A stretch of 64,000 bases of DNA from a virus, in the IMG/VR virus record IMGVR_UViG_3300023440_000004, positions 1-64,000 of that record, one strand, 5' to 3'. Below the pieces are notes generated by a model. It was not told where the DNA came from and searched no databases. It saw only the letters and a program-made list of their open reading frames with translations. A program made the position numbers and the translations under genes. Below, piece by piece: positions 50,844 through 59,333 of the stretch (position 1 is its first letter; each line of letters opens with the position of its first letter).

Positions 50844-53077
50844 ACCTTTTTCAGTCTATCCAAAACGACCGCGTCGCCGAACACGGGAAGGTCCTCACAC
50901 CACGGTAACGGGGTTCGGAAAGCGTCTTGCAACGACTCCCGATAGCGCTCGGCGGCCGCTTCGGGAACCACTAGATTCGCCTCGTCATGGACCAACAGCC
51001 ACACCCATTGGGCGAGTTCCGGACGGCTGAGCAACTGGTAGAACACAACGTCGCGTGCGTACGCCTGCACCAGGTTCTCGACGAGGGAGCCATACCACAG
51101 CGTCGACCGGGCGCTGACCAGTTGACCGAATACGCGCTTCAGGCCACCGTAGGCGATGTAACGCCCGCTCGGCAACCACACCAGCAGGCCGTCTTCTTTG
51201 AACGGCTCCAGCTCCAAACCCCGAAACGAGACGTGTCGTCTAGCCAATGCCGCCGTCGTGAACGCCTGTTCGTATTCGTACCAGAAATCTACGATCGGTC
51301 CGTTTGCCGCTCGCCACCCGGTCCAGGCCCTCGCTACCGCGGTCGTGTCGGTCAATCCTACTTGCGCGGCGAATGTGACGAACTTCTTTAGACTCATACC
51401 GTACCCACAGTTGTGGACCACCCACCCCGACACCATGTAGCGATGCCGGGGGCCGGCGTTCAAGATGTCATAGACTCTAGCTTGGCGGCGGACGCGAATC
51501 AGTCCCTCGTCGATGTAGAGAGAAAACGGCGCAGAGGGAGGAATCCACCGCTTCGCCTCCCGGTCCATCGCTTCCCCAAGCGGCATTTCCCCTTCTTCGG
51601 TGAAGACGATATGGTCTGGGGTTGCGGTAAGTCCGTCATAGGTAATCACCTCCTTGACGCCTTGATAAATCACACCGTCGTGGGTTACGAACTCCTCGCC
51701 ATCCCACACTTTGTCATCGATCGATACTTGTTCGATCGGTTTCCACCCATGGTCAGTCAAGACCAACTGACCTTCGGCGATGCAGCCAAGCACCACGGCC
51801 TTTCCGAAGTCCCGACTTTCAGCGGACACCTTCTCCGCCATCACGGAATACACGTCCTTCCCGAGCTTCTTCGGGTCCTTACCCTGCCGGGACAGAGCGT
51901 CGGCTTCCCGGAAGATGTCGAGCAACTCCTCATGGCCCGCCACGTAGGCGAGCACCCTGGCCTCGATCTGGGCCGAGTCGCACACGAGAACTTTGAACCC
52001 CGGCTTCGGGACGAAAATCTGACGAAACTCCGCCGGCTTCTTCGGCATCGACTGGAAGTTCGTCGAGTCGCCACCGCTCGACCGCCCGGTATGCGCTCCG
52101 TAGTATGATAGGAACGGATGTGCGAACCCGCGCATCCGGTTGTGCATCAGCTCAAGCTTGTCGAGGCGGTTGGGGATCAGGTTCGAACTGGCCTTCGACC
52201 GACACTCCACCAACAGCTTCGCCCGTTCGCTTTTCTCGGCGAGGCGTCGAAACGGCACGTCCGTCTTCGAGAACGCATAGGTGATCTTGCCTGTCGTCGG
52301 GCTACGCTTACGTGGCGGGAGCAGACCCTCATCGACAATCAAGTTCGCCAGGAACGACTGCTTACGGAACATCTCCAGCACTTCGTCCGTGGACTTGCCC
52401 TCGAAGTGTTCCGGCCAGGTCTCCCGAGCTTTGGCGGCCAACTGATCCCGATGCTCACGATCAAGCTGCCGTACCCGGTTCAGCATGTCGAGATCGATAC
52501 GCATCAACCGTCGGAGATAGAGCTTGATATGCAGGTCCATCACGGCGTACTCACACGCCGGGAAATATTCCCGAAGCCGTTCGTACACGCCATACGTTTC
52601 TTCGACATCCCGAACAGCGTACACGGAGAGCTGCTCCTCCATCTCGGCAGGCAAGTCTCGGATACCGTCCGTCGATTCCAACGCGCCTTCGATCTTCCCG
52701 CGCATTCCAAGCCACTCGGTCACGGCGGCCAGCGACGACGAGTTGGTGAACGGGCGGACGACCGCGTTCGCCATGCCACGGGTGTCGATGAACGCCCCAG
52801 GCAGTACGTCGAAATGGTGCTGCATGATGAGGCCGTCGAAGTTCGCGTTCTGCATCAGGACCGTATGTCGGCGCCAGTCTTCGTCAGCGAAGAAGGCACC
52901 CAAGTCGCTATGGGTCACCCAAAACGCTTCGCCGCTGTCCGGGTACAGCACCGCCACGCCATGGGCTTTGAAACGCGGGTCGGTGACGTACTCGAAGTTG
53001 GCCAGATTCTTGAGGGAGTACTTGGCTTTGGTGTCCCAGTAGGTCTCGAAGTCCAGCACGATCGTCGGCCGCATCAA
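50840..53077 (-). CDS. family A DNA polymerase (T7-like, with 3'-5' exonuclease), interrupted by a mini-intein
   Basis: ExoI VLDFETY. Motif A VCDSAQIEARVLA. Motif B is split: RDFGKAVVLG | intein | CGYGMSLKKF. Motif C LLVHDEANL. Confidence 0.85.
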   Translation of the reverse strand: MMRPTIVLDFETYWDTKAKYSLKNLANFEYVTDPRFKAHGVAVLYPDSGEAFWVTHSDLGAFFADEDWRRHTVLMQNANFDGLIMQHHFDVLPGAFIDTRGMANAVVRPFTNSSSLAAVTEWLGMRGKIEGALESTDGIRDLPAEMEEQLSVYAVRDVEETYGVYERLREYFPACEYAVMDLHIKLYLRRLMRIDLDMLNRVRQLDREHRDQLAAKARETWPEHFEGKSTDEVLEMFRKQSFLANLIVDEGLLPPRKRSPTTGKITYAFSKTDVPFRRLAEKSERAKLLVECRSKASSNLIPNRLDKLELMHNRMRGFAHPFLSYYGAHTGRSSGGDSTNFQSMPKKPAEFRQIFVPKPGFKVLVCDSAQIEARVLAYVAGHEELLDIFREADALSRQGKDPKKLGKDVYSVMAEKVSAESRDFGKAVVLGCIAEGQLVLTDHGWKPIEQVSIDDKVWDGEEFVTHDGVIYQGVKEVITYDGLTATPDHIVFTEEGEMPLGEAMDREAKRWIPPSAPFSLYIDEGLIRVRRQARVYDILNAGPRHRYMVSGWVVHNCGYGMSLKKFVTFAAQVGLTDTTAVARAWTGWRAANGPIVDFWYEYEQAFTTAALARRHVSFRGLELEPFKEDGLLVWLPSGRYIAYGGLKRVFGQLVSARSTLWYGSLVENLVQAYARDVVFYQLLSRPELAQWVWLLVHDEANLVVPEAAAERYRESLQDAFRTPLPWCEDLPVFGDAVVLDRLKKV
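51410..51784 (-). mobile_element. 125-aa mini-intein (Hint domain, no homing endonuclease) in polymerase motif B
   Basis: Block A CIAEGQLVLTDHG. Block B LTATPDHIVFT (TxxH). Block F RVYDILNAGPRHRYMVSG. Block G WVVHN followed by the +1 Cys. It is in frame, 375 nt long, and removal restores a canonical motif B. Confidence 0.8.
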
Positions 53078-53676
53078 AACGCCTCCGTTCTATCGGCCGC
53101 TGCGGGGTTGAACGGGCAATCCACCACGGCGCAATACCGGCAGAACCATGACGGGTTCGGTTCGTATGGCCCGGAGCCCAAACGCTCCAACCGGGTACGC
53201 CACACGCGATCGAGCGCGTCGGTGTACTCGATCTCAGCGGTGAACTCCGCTCGGTTGCGTGGGTGCTCGACCCATGCAAGCGTGCACACGGCCGACTCCT
53301 TCAGCAACCAGACGTAGAACCGCAACTGCTCCCGCTTGCCAAGGTCGTGCACCTTGGGCTTGCCGGTTTTGAAGTCCACGATCCTGGCAGGCACGTAGGC
53401 GTCGATGACCCCCACCGCAATGTCGTTACTCACGCGACGTTCCGGTTGCAATCCCGGTGCGTTACGGAGCTCGTCGAGATAGTCATACCACGACGCGTGG
53501 ACCTCTTCTGGCAGGGCGTCGGTTTGTCGGAGTAAATAGGCTTCGATGCCCGCATGGATACGTGAGCCCCGTTCCATGGCCTCCGATTCCCGCTTCGGCA
53601 CGTCCCTGGAAACATAATGGCGCTCGAAGGCGTAGGGGCAGTGTTTGAACAGGTCGTATTGGGAAAAGGAATACAT
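53074..53676 (-). CDS. Cas4/RecB-like PD-(D/E)xK exonuclease with Fe-S-type cysteines
   Basis: 200 aa. N-terminal KHCPYAF, IDAY...IVDFKTGK (D...DxK), QLRFYVW (QxxxY), C-terminal CRYCAVVDC. Confidence 0.65.
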   Translation of the reverse strand: MYSFSQYDLFKHCPYAFERHYVSRDVPKRESEAMERGSRIHAGIEAYLLRQTDALPEEVHASWYDYLDELRNAPGLQPERRVSNDIAVGVIDAYVPARIVDFKTGKPKVHDLGKREQLRFYVWLLKESAVCTLAWVEHPRNRAEFTAEIEYTDALDRVWRTRLERLGSGPYEPNPSWFCRYCAVVDCPFNPAAADRTEAF

Positions 53677-53690
53677 CGGGCACCTCCCCG

Positions 53691-54173
53691 TTAATGCACG
53701 GTCGAGGGACCTGATACCGTCGGTGCCGGCGACTCCGGATGGACCTCCAGCATCGGCGGACGCACTTGAATCTTGCTACCAGTCGGTATCAGTCCATTCC
53801 TCTCGGCAACGAATTGAGCGATGTGCTGCAACCCTCTTACGGGAAGGATACCGATGACCTGGGTGGTCAATACGCAATCCTTCAGCACGTCTTCGGGGTC
53901 ATCCAGCGTTTCGGCCACATGAAGCGCATGCTGCTGCAAACACATGTCCAGTGCGTTCGCCAGGACGATCGCGGCATAGCTGTGGATATTACGCGCTTTC
54001 GATTGGTTAAGTTTCCGCAAAACCTCCGGATCGGAGCCAAGCTCTTCTTCTAACAGCGAAATAATCGTGTCGGCCATGCTCGGCCCACGGGAGAATCCAG
54101 CTTCATCCGCGTGTTCTTGAATCGCTTCCCGAAGCGCATCTAGCGCATCGCGCAGGTCGGTCACATCCATCAT
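53691..54173 (-). CDS. hypothetical protein (160 aa)
   Basis: Clean ORF in the operon. No motif recognised. Confidence 0.75.
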   Translation of the reverse strand: MMDVTDLRDALDALREAIQEHADEAGFSRGPSMADTIISLLEEELGSDPEVLRKLNQSKARNIHSYAAIVLANALDMCLQQHALHVAETLDDPEDVLKDCVLTTQVIGILPVRGLQHIAQFVAERNGLIPTGSKIQVRPPMLEVHPESPAPTVSGPSTVH

Positions 54174-54562
54174 TCACCTCCAGATTGAATGAGTGTTGGT
54201 TGTCCCAGACGAGCGAGCATTAGTTGCTCGTCCTTGACCTTGCGGTCCATTTCCTGTGTCAGCGTAAGGATCGCCACTTTCACATCTTCCAGGGCGGCCA
54301 TGATGTTCACGTTGTGCGACGCCAGCACCGCTCGCGTCGCTTCCCACAGTAGATCGACCAGCCTGTCGCCCCACGGCGTCTGGAAGCCTACCGCCGTTTG
54401 CGTGTTCCAGACGCCGACCCGATATCGGCCGGCGTCGTACTCGATCTTGGCCATGTAGACATGACCGTTGTCCGGGTTGGCAAATATCGGCCCCATGTGG
54501 GCAGTATAATCCTTCGGCTCGTGGAACGTCCGCCCACCGATGAATGTGCGCGTATCAGACAT
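54170..54562 (-). CDS. hypothetical protein (130 aa)
   Basis: ATGA-type overlaps on both sides. No motif recognised. Confidence 0.75.
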   Translation of the reverse strand: MSDTRTFIGGRTFHEPKDYTAHMGPIFANPDNGHVYMAKIEYDAGRYRVGVWNTQTAVGFQTPWGDRLVDLLWEATRAVLASHNVNIMAALEDVKVAILTLTQEMDRKVKDEQLMLARLGQPTLIQSGGE

Positions 54563-54930
54563 CAGGCCACCCTCGATTTCAGAGTCTTGATAGTAACAGG
54601 TTTGACACCATCGGGCAAATCGCCAGCGTCCAGCAGTTCATCCAACGCCCGCTTGCTCACCCGCCGGTGCAGGATCATCGGGGCACGGTTCTCGACGATC
54701 CATCCGTACAACGCTTCCCAGTCTTCCACCTGGTAGACGGCGTCTTCCGACAGGTAATAGACACGCCCGTCGATACGTACCATGTCGACGCCAAGATTCT
54801 CCAGGATTTCCAGAATCTGTCGCTCATGGTCCGAGATCAACTTCTTGATCGTGTCGGCGCGTTTGCTGAGATAGGCTTGCTCACGTTTGAGCGCCACCAA
54901 CATGTTGTGGATACGTTCGAGTTCGGACAT
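54562..54930 (-). CDS. Gp157-like protein (122 aa)
   Basis: Start MSELERIHNML (ATGA overlap with the helicase stop, AGGAGG upstream). N-terminal coiled coil plus C-terminal ...VSKRALDELLDAGDLPDGVKPVTIKTLKSR resembles the siphovirus Gp157 architecture. It is adjacent to the helicase. Confidence 0.4.
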   Translation of the reverse strand: MSELERIHNMLVALKREQAYLSKRADTIKKLISDHERQILEILENLGVDMVRIDGRVYYLSEDAVYQVEDWEALYGWIVENRAPMILHRRVSKRALDELLDAGDLPDGVKPVTIKTLKSRVA

Positions 54931-56291
54931 CAGGCACCTCCTAGTTTCTGTAAATAGTTGACGAACGTCTCGTTCACGTCGCAATTGCTCTGAATGGCTT
55001 CGTATACGCTACGCTCCAAGGTCCCCGGCGCGTACAACAGGATCGTCTCGGTTTTGCTGTCCTGTCCGCCACGCACGATACGGGCGATGCCCTGCTCCAT
55101 CCAGTCTGGCCGGTCCGCCGGGGGGCAGGTGAAAATCACCGTCTTGGCACGAGTGAGGGTCAACCCGTGTGCGCCCGTGGCCGGGTGCAACAGGATAGCC
55201 CGGTACTTGCCCTTCTGGAATTCCTCCACCAGTCGGCCACGCTCGCTCCGGTTCACCGTGCCATCGATGACGGCGTATGGTAGCTTACGCTTCTTCAACG
55301 CCCGCTCCATTCCTTCCCGTTGATGACGCCAAACGAAGAACACGACGCTGGCCTCCCTGGCGTCGATCAAGTCTGCGGTCAGCTCATACCGCTCGTCGCT
55401 CACCAGCCCGGCCTCGCCATCCCCCGTATAGACGGCACCAGAGCAAAGCTGGAGCAGCTTGTTGCGTAAGCCATTGAGGACCAGAAGATCTACCTTCTCC
55501 CCGGACGCCAGCAGAACACGGGATTCCTTGGCCAACGTATCGTAAGCCTTGTGCAGCTTCGGTGACAGCTTGGCCGGGAGATACTCGACATGGTTGGGTG
55601 GGATGTCGAGACACTCGTCGATCCGGAACCGCAAGGTGATGTCGGCGACCAGTTCGGCCACCTCGTCCATCGCACCGTCACGATCGAGCCATTTGATCAC
55701 GCCCTGCGGTGCACCGGGCGGACGGAACGGTTTACAGAACCGGTACCGGAAACGGGTGATGCTCGGCCCTAACCGCTGGCCATGATCCAGTAGAAAGTAC
55801 TGGTGCCACAAGTCCTGGACCGACGACACCCGTGGCGTTCCCGACATGCAGATCGCTTTCGGCACTCGATCGAACACCCCCCTGGCGTTCTTGCTCCGCA
55901 TCGACGACGGCACTCGGAATGCCGTCGCCTCGTCGCACACGACGAGATCGAACCGCCGTAGGTGGTGCAGGTTCTCCCGCTTCGCCAGCCAGTTGACCGC
56001 TTCGATGTTCGTGATGACGCTCGGCGTCCCTAGGTTGAACGCCTTCTCGCGGTTGCTGGCCCAGGCTATCGTCACCTCGTCCTCCGGCAGGATTTTCTTC
56101 CAATCCGCCAGCCAGGCCGGCTCCAAGAGGGTTTTCGGGGCTAGGATCAGGGACTTCAGGTTATGCTTGGCGATGTAGCCCAAGATAGCCAGCGTCTTGC
56201 CGGTGCCAGGATCGCTGGCGTTGTACCAGCGCTCCCGCGACTCGGCATATGCAATGGTCTTAAGCTGATGTTTCCAGAATTTTATCGACAT
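54930..56291 (-). CDS. SNF2-family helicase
   Basis: Start MSIKFWKHQ (GGAG 7 nt upstream). Motif I DPGTGKT, motif II VVCDEATAF, C-terminal helicase motifs ILLHPATGAHGLTLT and QGIARIVRGGQ. Confidence 0.8.
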   Translation of the reverse strand: MSIKFWKHQLKTIAYAESRERWYNASDPGTGKTLAILGYIAKHNLKSLILAPKTLLEPAWLADWKKILPEDEVTIAWASNREKAFNLGTPSVITNIEAVNWLAKRENLHHLRRFDLVVCDEATAFRVPSSMRSKNARGVFDRVPKAICMSGTPRVSSVQDLWHQYFLLDHGQRLGPSITRFRYRFCKPFRPPGAPQGVIKWLDRDGAMDEVAELVADITLRFRIDECLDIPPNHVEYLPAKLSPKLHKAYDTLAKESRVLLASGEKVDLLVLNGLRNKLLQLCSGAVYTGDGEAGLVSDERYELTADLIDAREASVVFFVWRHQREGMERALKKRKLPYAVIDGTVNRSERGRLVEEFQKGKYRAILLHPATGAHGLTLTRAKTVIFTCPPADRPDWMEQGIARIVRGGQDSKTETILLYAPGTLERSVYEAIQSNCDVNETFVNYLQKLGGA

Positions 56292-56673
56292 CGTTAGTCT
56301 CCAGAAGGTACACCAGAATCGCGCAACCGACGCCAAGGGAAACACCGACATCGCCTTGTAGGAATCGGCTGACGAACACGCTACTCAATCCCAGTCGAGA
56401 CGCCAGTATCGGCAACGGCGTCTCGTCGAGAACCTTCTTCAACGCCTGGCGAAGCTGGTTCTGAGTCGGAAGCGCTTCCAATCCCGACACGTACGGAAAC
56501 AGCTTTTCCGCCATATGATAATCTGGATTGAAGAACGCCGGGTCGAGACGCTGAATACGTCTCGCCGCATGGATCGGGATGGGTAGCAAACTCCAGTCGG
56601 ACGTGTGTCGGACCATTTCAACGATCCGCTTGGCGATTTCCCGTCGCATCCCAAGTGCCATCAAACTTCGCAT
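56260..56673 (-). CDS. putative HTH DNA-binding protein (137 aa)
   Basis: Start MRSLMALG with AGGAGG 4 nt upstream. C-terminal LPILASRLGLSSVFVSRFLQGDVGVSLG looks like an XRE-type helix-turn-helix. Confidence 0.5.
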   Translation of the reverse strand: MRSLMALGMRREIAKRIVEMVRHTSDWSLLPIPIHAARRIQRLDPAFFNPDYHMAEKLFPYVSGLEALPTQNQLRQALKKVLDETPLPILASRLGLSSVFVSRFLQGDVGVSLGVGCAILVYLLETNDVDKILETSA

Positions 56674-56732
56674 AAGACCTCCTATTGCTATAATATGCCT
56701 CGCACTATCATAAAACCACACGCAGGCGAGGG
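56674..56732. promoter_or_regulatory. divergent promoter region
   Basis: A 59-bp gap between divergent genes. TGcTATAAT (extended -10, 56686-56694) faces right. TATGAT (complement of 56707-56712) faces left. Confidence 0.4.
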
Positions 56733-57014
56733 ATGAACGTCATTCGAATCGATATCGAGAAGCTCCGGGGTATTCTGAGACAGATCCACCAGGCTGGACG
56801 GCCGGTTCCGGCCCATCAGATCGCGGCCAAGCTGGACCTATCCCCAGGCACGGTCCGGAATATCCTCGATACAGCCGAGCGGACGCTCAAAGTAAAAGTG
56901 GCCCGACACCCAAGGCAGGGTATCGGGCCGGAGATGGAGCTTGGCCATCTCAATCCGTCGTTTCTCGGTGAGGAAGCGCCTCAGAACGGCATGTCGTCGT
57001 CGGAGACTTCCTGA
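56733..57014 (+). CDS. winged-helix/HTH regulator (93 aa), the only rightward gene inside the leftward block
   Basis: G/C-rich third codon positions. VPAHQIAAKLDLSPGTVRNILD is an HTH pattern. The SD-like GAGGG sits very close to the ATG. Its 3' end overlaps the convergent gene 56981..57658 by 34 nt. Confidence 0.5.
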   Translation: MNVIRIDIEKLRGILRQIHQAGRPVPAHQIAAKLDLSPGTVRNILDTAERTLKVKVARHPRQGIGPEMELGHLNPSFLGEEAPQNGMSSSETS

Positions 57015-57658
57015 ACCAGATCCCGAAACTCCTCGGCGTTCATGTCCACCTCGCGGACGAACCGGAAGCCCCAGGGCCGGAACTTGTTACCGCCCGCCCC
57101 GGTGACAGGGTCTTCGAGATAGAACTCCGTGACCGCCTGCCAGGGCTGGAGGCGACGCTGCCGAGCGAGCTCCAATTTGATGTACGCCCGACACCGTTCC
57201 ACCGAGCGGGGGCTGATCGTCACCAGCGCCAACGCGTTCCTGGCTTCGTCCGGCGTGAGCATCAACACCGTGAGCTGGAGGTAGGGCTGCTCGATGTAGG
57301 AACAACCGTCTTCCTGCCACATCTTGACGACGTCGGCGATCGGCTCACCCCGTGAGGTGGTCTCCTTGTCGTAGGTATAGACGCCAGGAATGGCGTGCTC
57401 CGAGTTGGAGCACTTGAAGTACCAGTACTTCTTCCCGGTGAGGATGATGGCTTCGAACGCCTTGGCGCCGAGCAGAGTCGGCCAGGACGTGCCGCGAACC
57501 TTGAACATGTCCCCATCGTTGACGACGACGGGGAGTGAAGTATAGTCGAACTCCGCCAGTTCGTGGGCCGGCAATCCGGCAATCTGTTCGACGCTGATGG
57601 GCAGCGCGACGTTGGTCATCGCGGTCGTGGTCTTCTTGGTCATGGCTTTCTCGGTCAT
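56981..57658 (-). CDS. ssDNA-binding protein candidate with an SSB-type acidic tail (…SDDDMPF)
   Basis: 225 aa with AGGAGA RBS. The C-terminus DDDMPF copies the bacterial SSB tail (DDDIPF). Size and terminal Phe also recall T7 gp2.5. It lies in the replication block. Confidence 0.55.
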   Translation of the reverse strand: MTEKAMTKKTTTAMTNVALPISVEQIAGLPAHELAEFDYTSLPVVVNDGDMFKVRGTSWPTLLGAKAFEAIILTGKKYWYFKCSNSEHAIPGVYTYDKETTSRGEPIADVVKMWQEDGCSYIEQPYLQLTVLMLTPDEARNALALVTISPRSVERCRAYIKLELARQRRLQPWQAVTEFYLEDPVTGAGGNKFRPWGFRFVREVDMNAEEFRDLVQEVSDDDMPF

Positions 57659-57690
57659 GGTCGTCTCCTATGTTGATAGTGATAACGAAG

Positions 57691-57891
57691 TTACAACATA
57701 TCATCCTTGACTGGAACGGTCAATACGAACCTGTCCTTGAAAATCATAGTTTCATCGACGTCGCCGGGCATTCGCCGCTCGATGTCGGTAGTCGGCTTTC
57801 CACGGAACGTCAACCGGAAGCTCAGGGTATCGTAAGCGCCACGGCGAGGATGGCGTATCGCCCACAACCCCCCTACTCTACGGAAGCGCAC
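57691..57891 (-). CDS. hypothetical protein (66 aa)
   Basis: GTG start with GAGGGG 5 nt upstream. It fills the gap between neighbouring genes. The call is modest. Confidence 0.4.
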   Translation of the reverse strand: MRFRRVGGLWAIRHPRRGAYDTLSFRLTFRGKPTTDIERRMPGDVDETMIFKDRFVLTVPVKDDML

Positions 57892-58247
57892 GGCCGCCCC
57901 TCGATGTTCAGTCCGTCACCGTCACTCCAACTACGCTTCTGGGCGAGGTCGGCGTAGTTAATTGCGCCAAGGCGCCTGGCAGCCTCGTCCAGCGCCTCTT
58001 TCCTCGATGGGGCTTCAATGATTTCATCGAACGACTTGTCGTTCGTCCATACCCGATAACGCCTCGGCAGCAATATCTTTGGCGGATACTCTCGCCACCA
58101 GGGATCGTCGTCGCCATACTTCCCTTCGTCGTCAGCTTCCTCCGTGATTCCCAATCGGTCGAGCCATTCCTCGTAAGGTTCGATGTTCATCCCAGCCCAC
58201 GCTGCGTTGCTGGCATGATGGTTCCAAAAATCTTTCAATCGGTTCAT
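57873..58247 (-). CDS. hypothetical protein (124 aa)
   Basis: Start MNRLKDFWNHH with GGAGG 7 nt upstream and an ATGA overlap with the upstream stop. Confidence 0.7.
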   Translation of the reverse strand: MNRLKDFWNHHASNAAWAGMNIEPYEEWLDRLGITEEADDEGKYGDDDPWWREYPPKILLPRRYRVWTNDKSFDEIIEAPSRKEALDEAARRLGAINYADLAQKRSWSDGDGLNIEGRPCASVE

Positions 58248-58570
58248 TTGAGTACCTCCGGGTGGATCGTTTCGTTGGCTACGGCGTCGGCCCACAGGCG
58301 GATCGCCTGGAACAACTTGATCGCCCGTGGCCAGTCCTTGTACAAGATCGCCTGCCAGAGATCTTTCTGAAGCAGAATGAGCGTCGTGACATCCAGCCCG
58401 AATGCAGTTTGAAGCCCTGCGGCCATCCCGGTGACGAAGCCGTAGTCCCGATGGAACCAGGCTTCGTCGATCAGGAGCAGATCGTTCGAGTCCTTACCGG
58501 CGATGTGACTGACACCACCCGCCAGTTGGGCGGCCATGACGCGAAGTTCGAGTGGGTAGCGATATGCCAT
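58244..58570 (-). CDS. hypothetical protein (108 aa)
   Basis: GGAGG RBS immediately after a terminator hairpin. Confidence 0.7.
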   Translation of the reverse strand: MAYRYPLELRVMAAQLAGGVSHIAGKDSNDLLLIDEAWFHRDYGFVTGMAAGLQTAFGLDVTTLILLQKDLWQAILYKDWPRAIKLFQAIRLWADAVANETIHPEVLK

Positions 58571-58582
58571 GAGTACCTCCAG

Positions 58583-58612
58583 TGAAAAGACGGCCCCGCA
58601 AATACGGGGCCG
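58583..58612 (-). terminator. intrinsic terminator (minus strand) abutting the next RBS
   Basis: The minus-strand RNA reads CGGCCCCG-UAUUUG-CGGGGCCG followed by UCUUUUCAC, then GGAGG and the ATG of 58570. Confidence 0.6.
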
Positions 58613-58741
58613 GGTCGATGGTCAAGCGACGAGGAGTGGATTCCCAGGGTGGCGACTGCTGGTTTTCTAGCAAGATCTTTACCCATGGGCTATCTTCTTT
58701 AGTTGTGGATCGATAATCGAAGCCGGATTCACACCCGAAAT

Positions 58742-58957
58742 TCACTCTTCAGGAGAATCGACGGTGACCCCCATTTCTTGTAACGCTGCGACGATCCGAT
58801 AGATGGTATCGTAGCGGGGAGAAGTACTCCGCTTTCCACTACGGATGAGCCGGAGTGCTTGCTCGGAGAGGAAGGTTCGATCCGCCAGTTTAGACAGACG
58901 AACCTGTTTCATCGCCTGGCGGACGACGTTCAATTCTGGAAGATGGTATCGATGCAT
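58742..58957 (-). CDS. XRE/Cro-type HTH regulator (71 aa)
   Basis: AAGGAGG RBS. VRLSKLADRTFLSEQALRLIRSGKRSTSPRYDTIYRI is an HTH pattern. Confidence 0.65.
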   Translation of the reverse strand: MHRYHLPELNVVRQAMKQVRLSKLADRTFLSEQALRLIRSGKRSTSPRYDTIYRIVAALQEMGVTVDSPEE

Positions 58958-59108
58958 GGCACCTCCTTAGCGGGTTCGAGAAAGAATTCCCAGAGCCAGG
59001 CGCGACAAGGTCACGCCGGCTTCGACATCCCGTCTTCCACGAAACCGACTTACCCGGTTGGTGTTGTGGAAGAGGAGTCGGTATTGTAAACGAAACAGTT
59101 GTACCGAA

Positions 59109-59333
59109 TCAAATCTTTCGTTCTTCGGGTCTCGCCTCAGTTTCACGGCTGATGTCCAACATGAAATGGTTGAAAGATTCGTACAGGGACACCTGGTGGT
59201 GAAAAATAGTTTCCCCGACTACGTGTTTCCTCGCCCGAAACTGCTTCTGGCCTGTGGTAAAAGACAGAACGGAGCCCCTCGGTCGGTGAGGGGCTTCGAT
59301 ACTGAAACCGGAGTTGACACGTCGTAACTTCAT
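59109..59333 (-). CDS. small MKL-start protein A (74 aa)
   Basis: ATGA overlap with the upstream gene. MKLRRVNSGF... Confidence 0.5.
   Translation of the reverse strand: MKLRRVNSGFSIEAPHRPRGSVLSFTTGQKQFRARKHVVGETIFHHQVSLYESFNHFMLDISRETEARPEERKI

Noticed and set aside
57670-57957. 95-aa plus-strand ORF opposite 57691..57891 (-).
   Set aside because: It would be an isolated antisense gene with no RBS. The minus-strand ORF fills the operon gap and has a GAGGGG RBS, although that call is itself only moderate.
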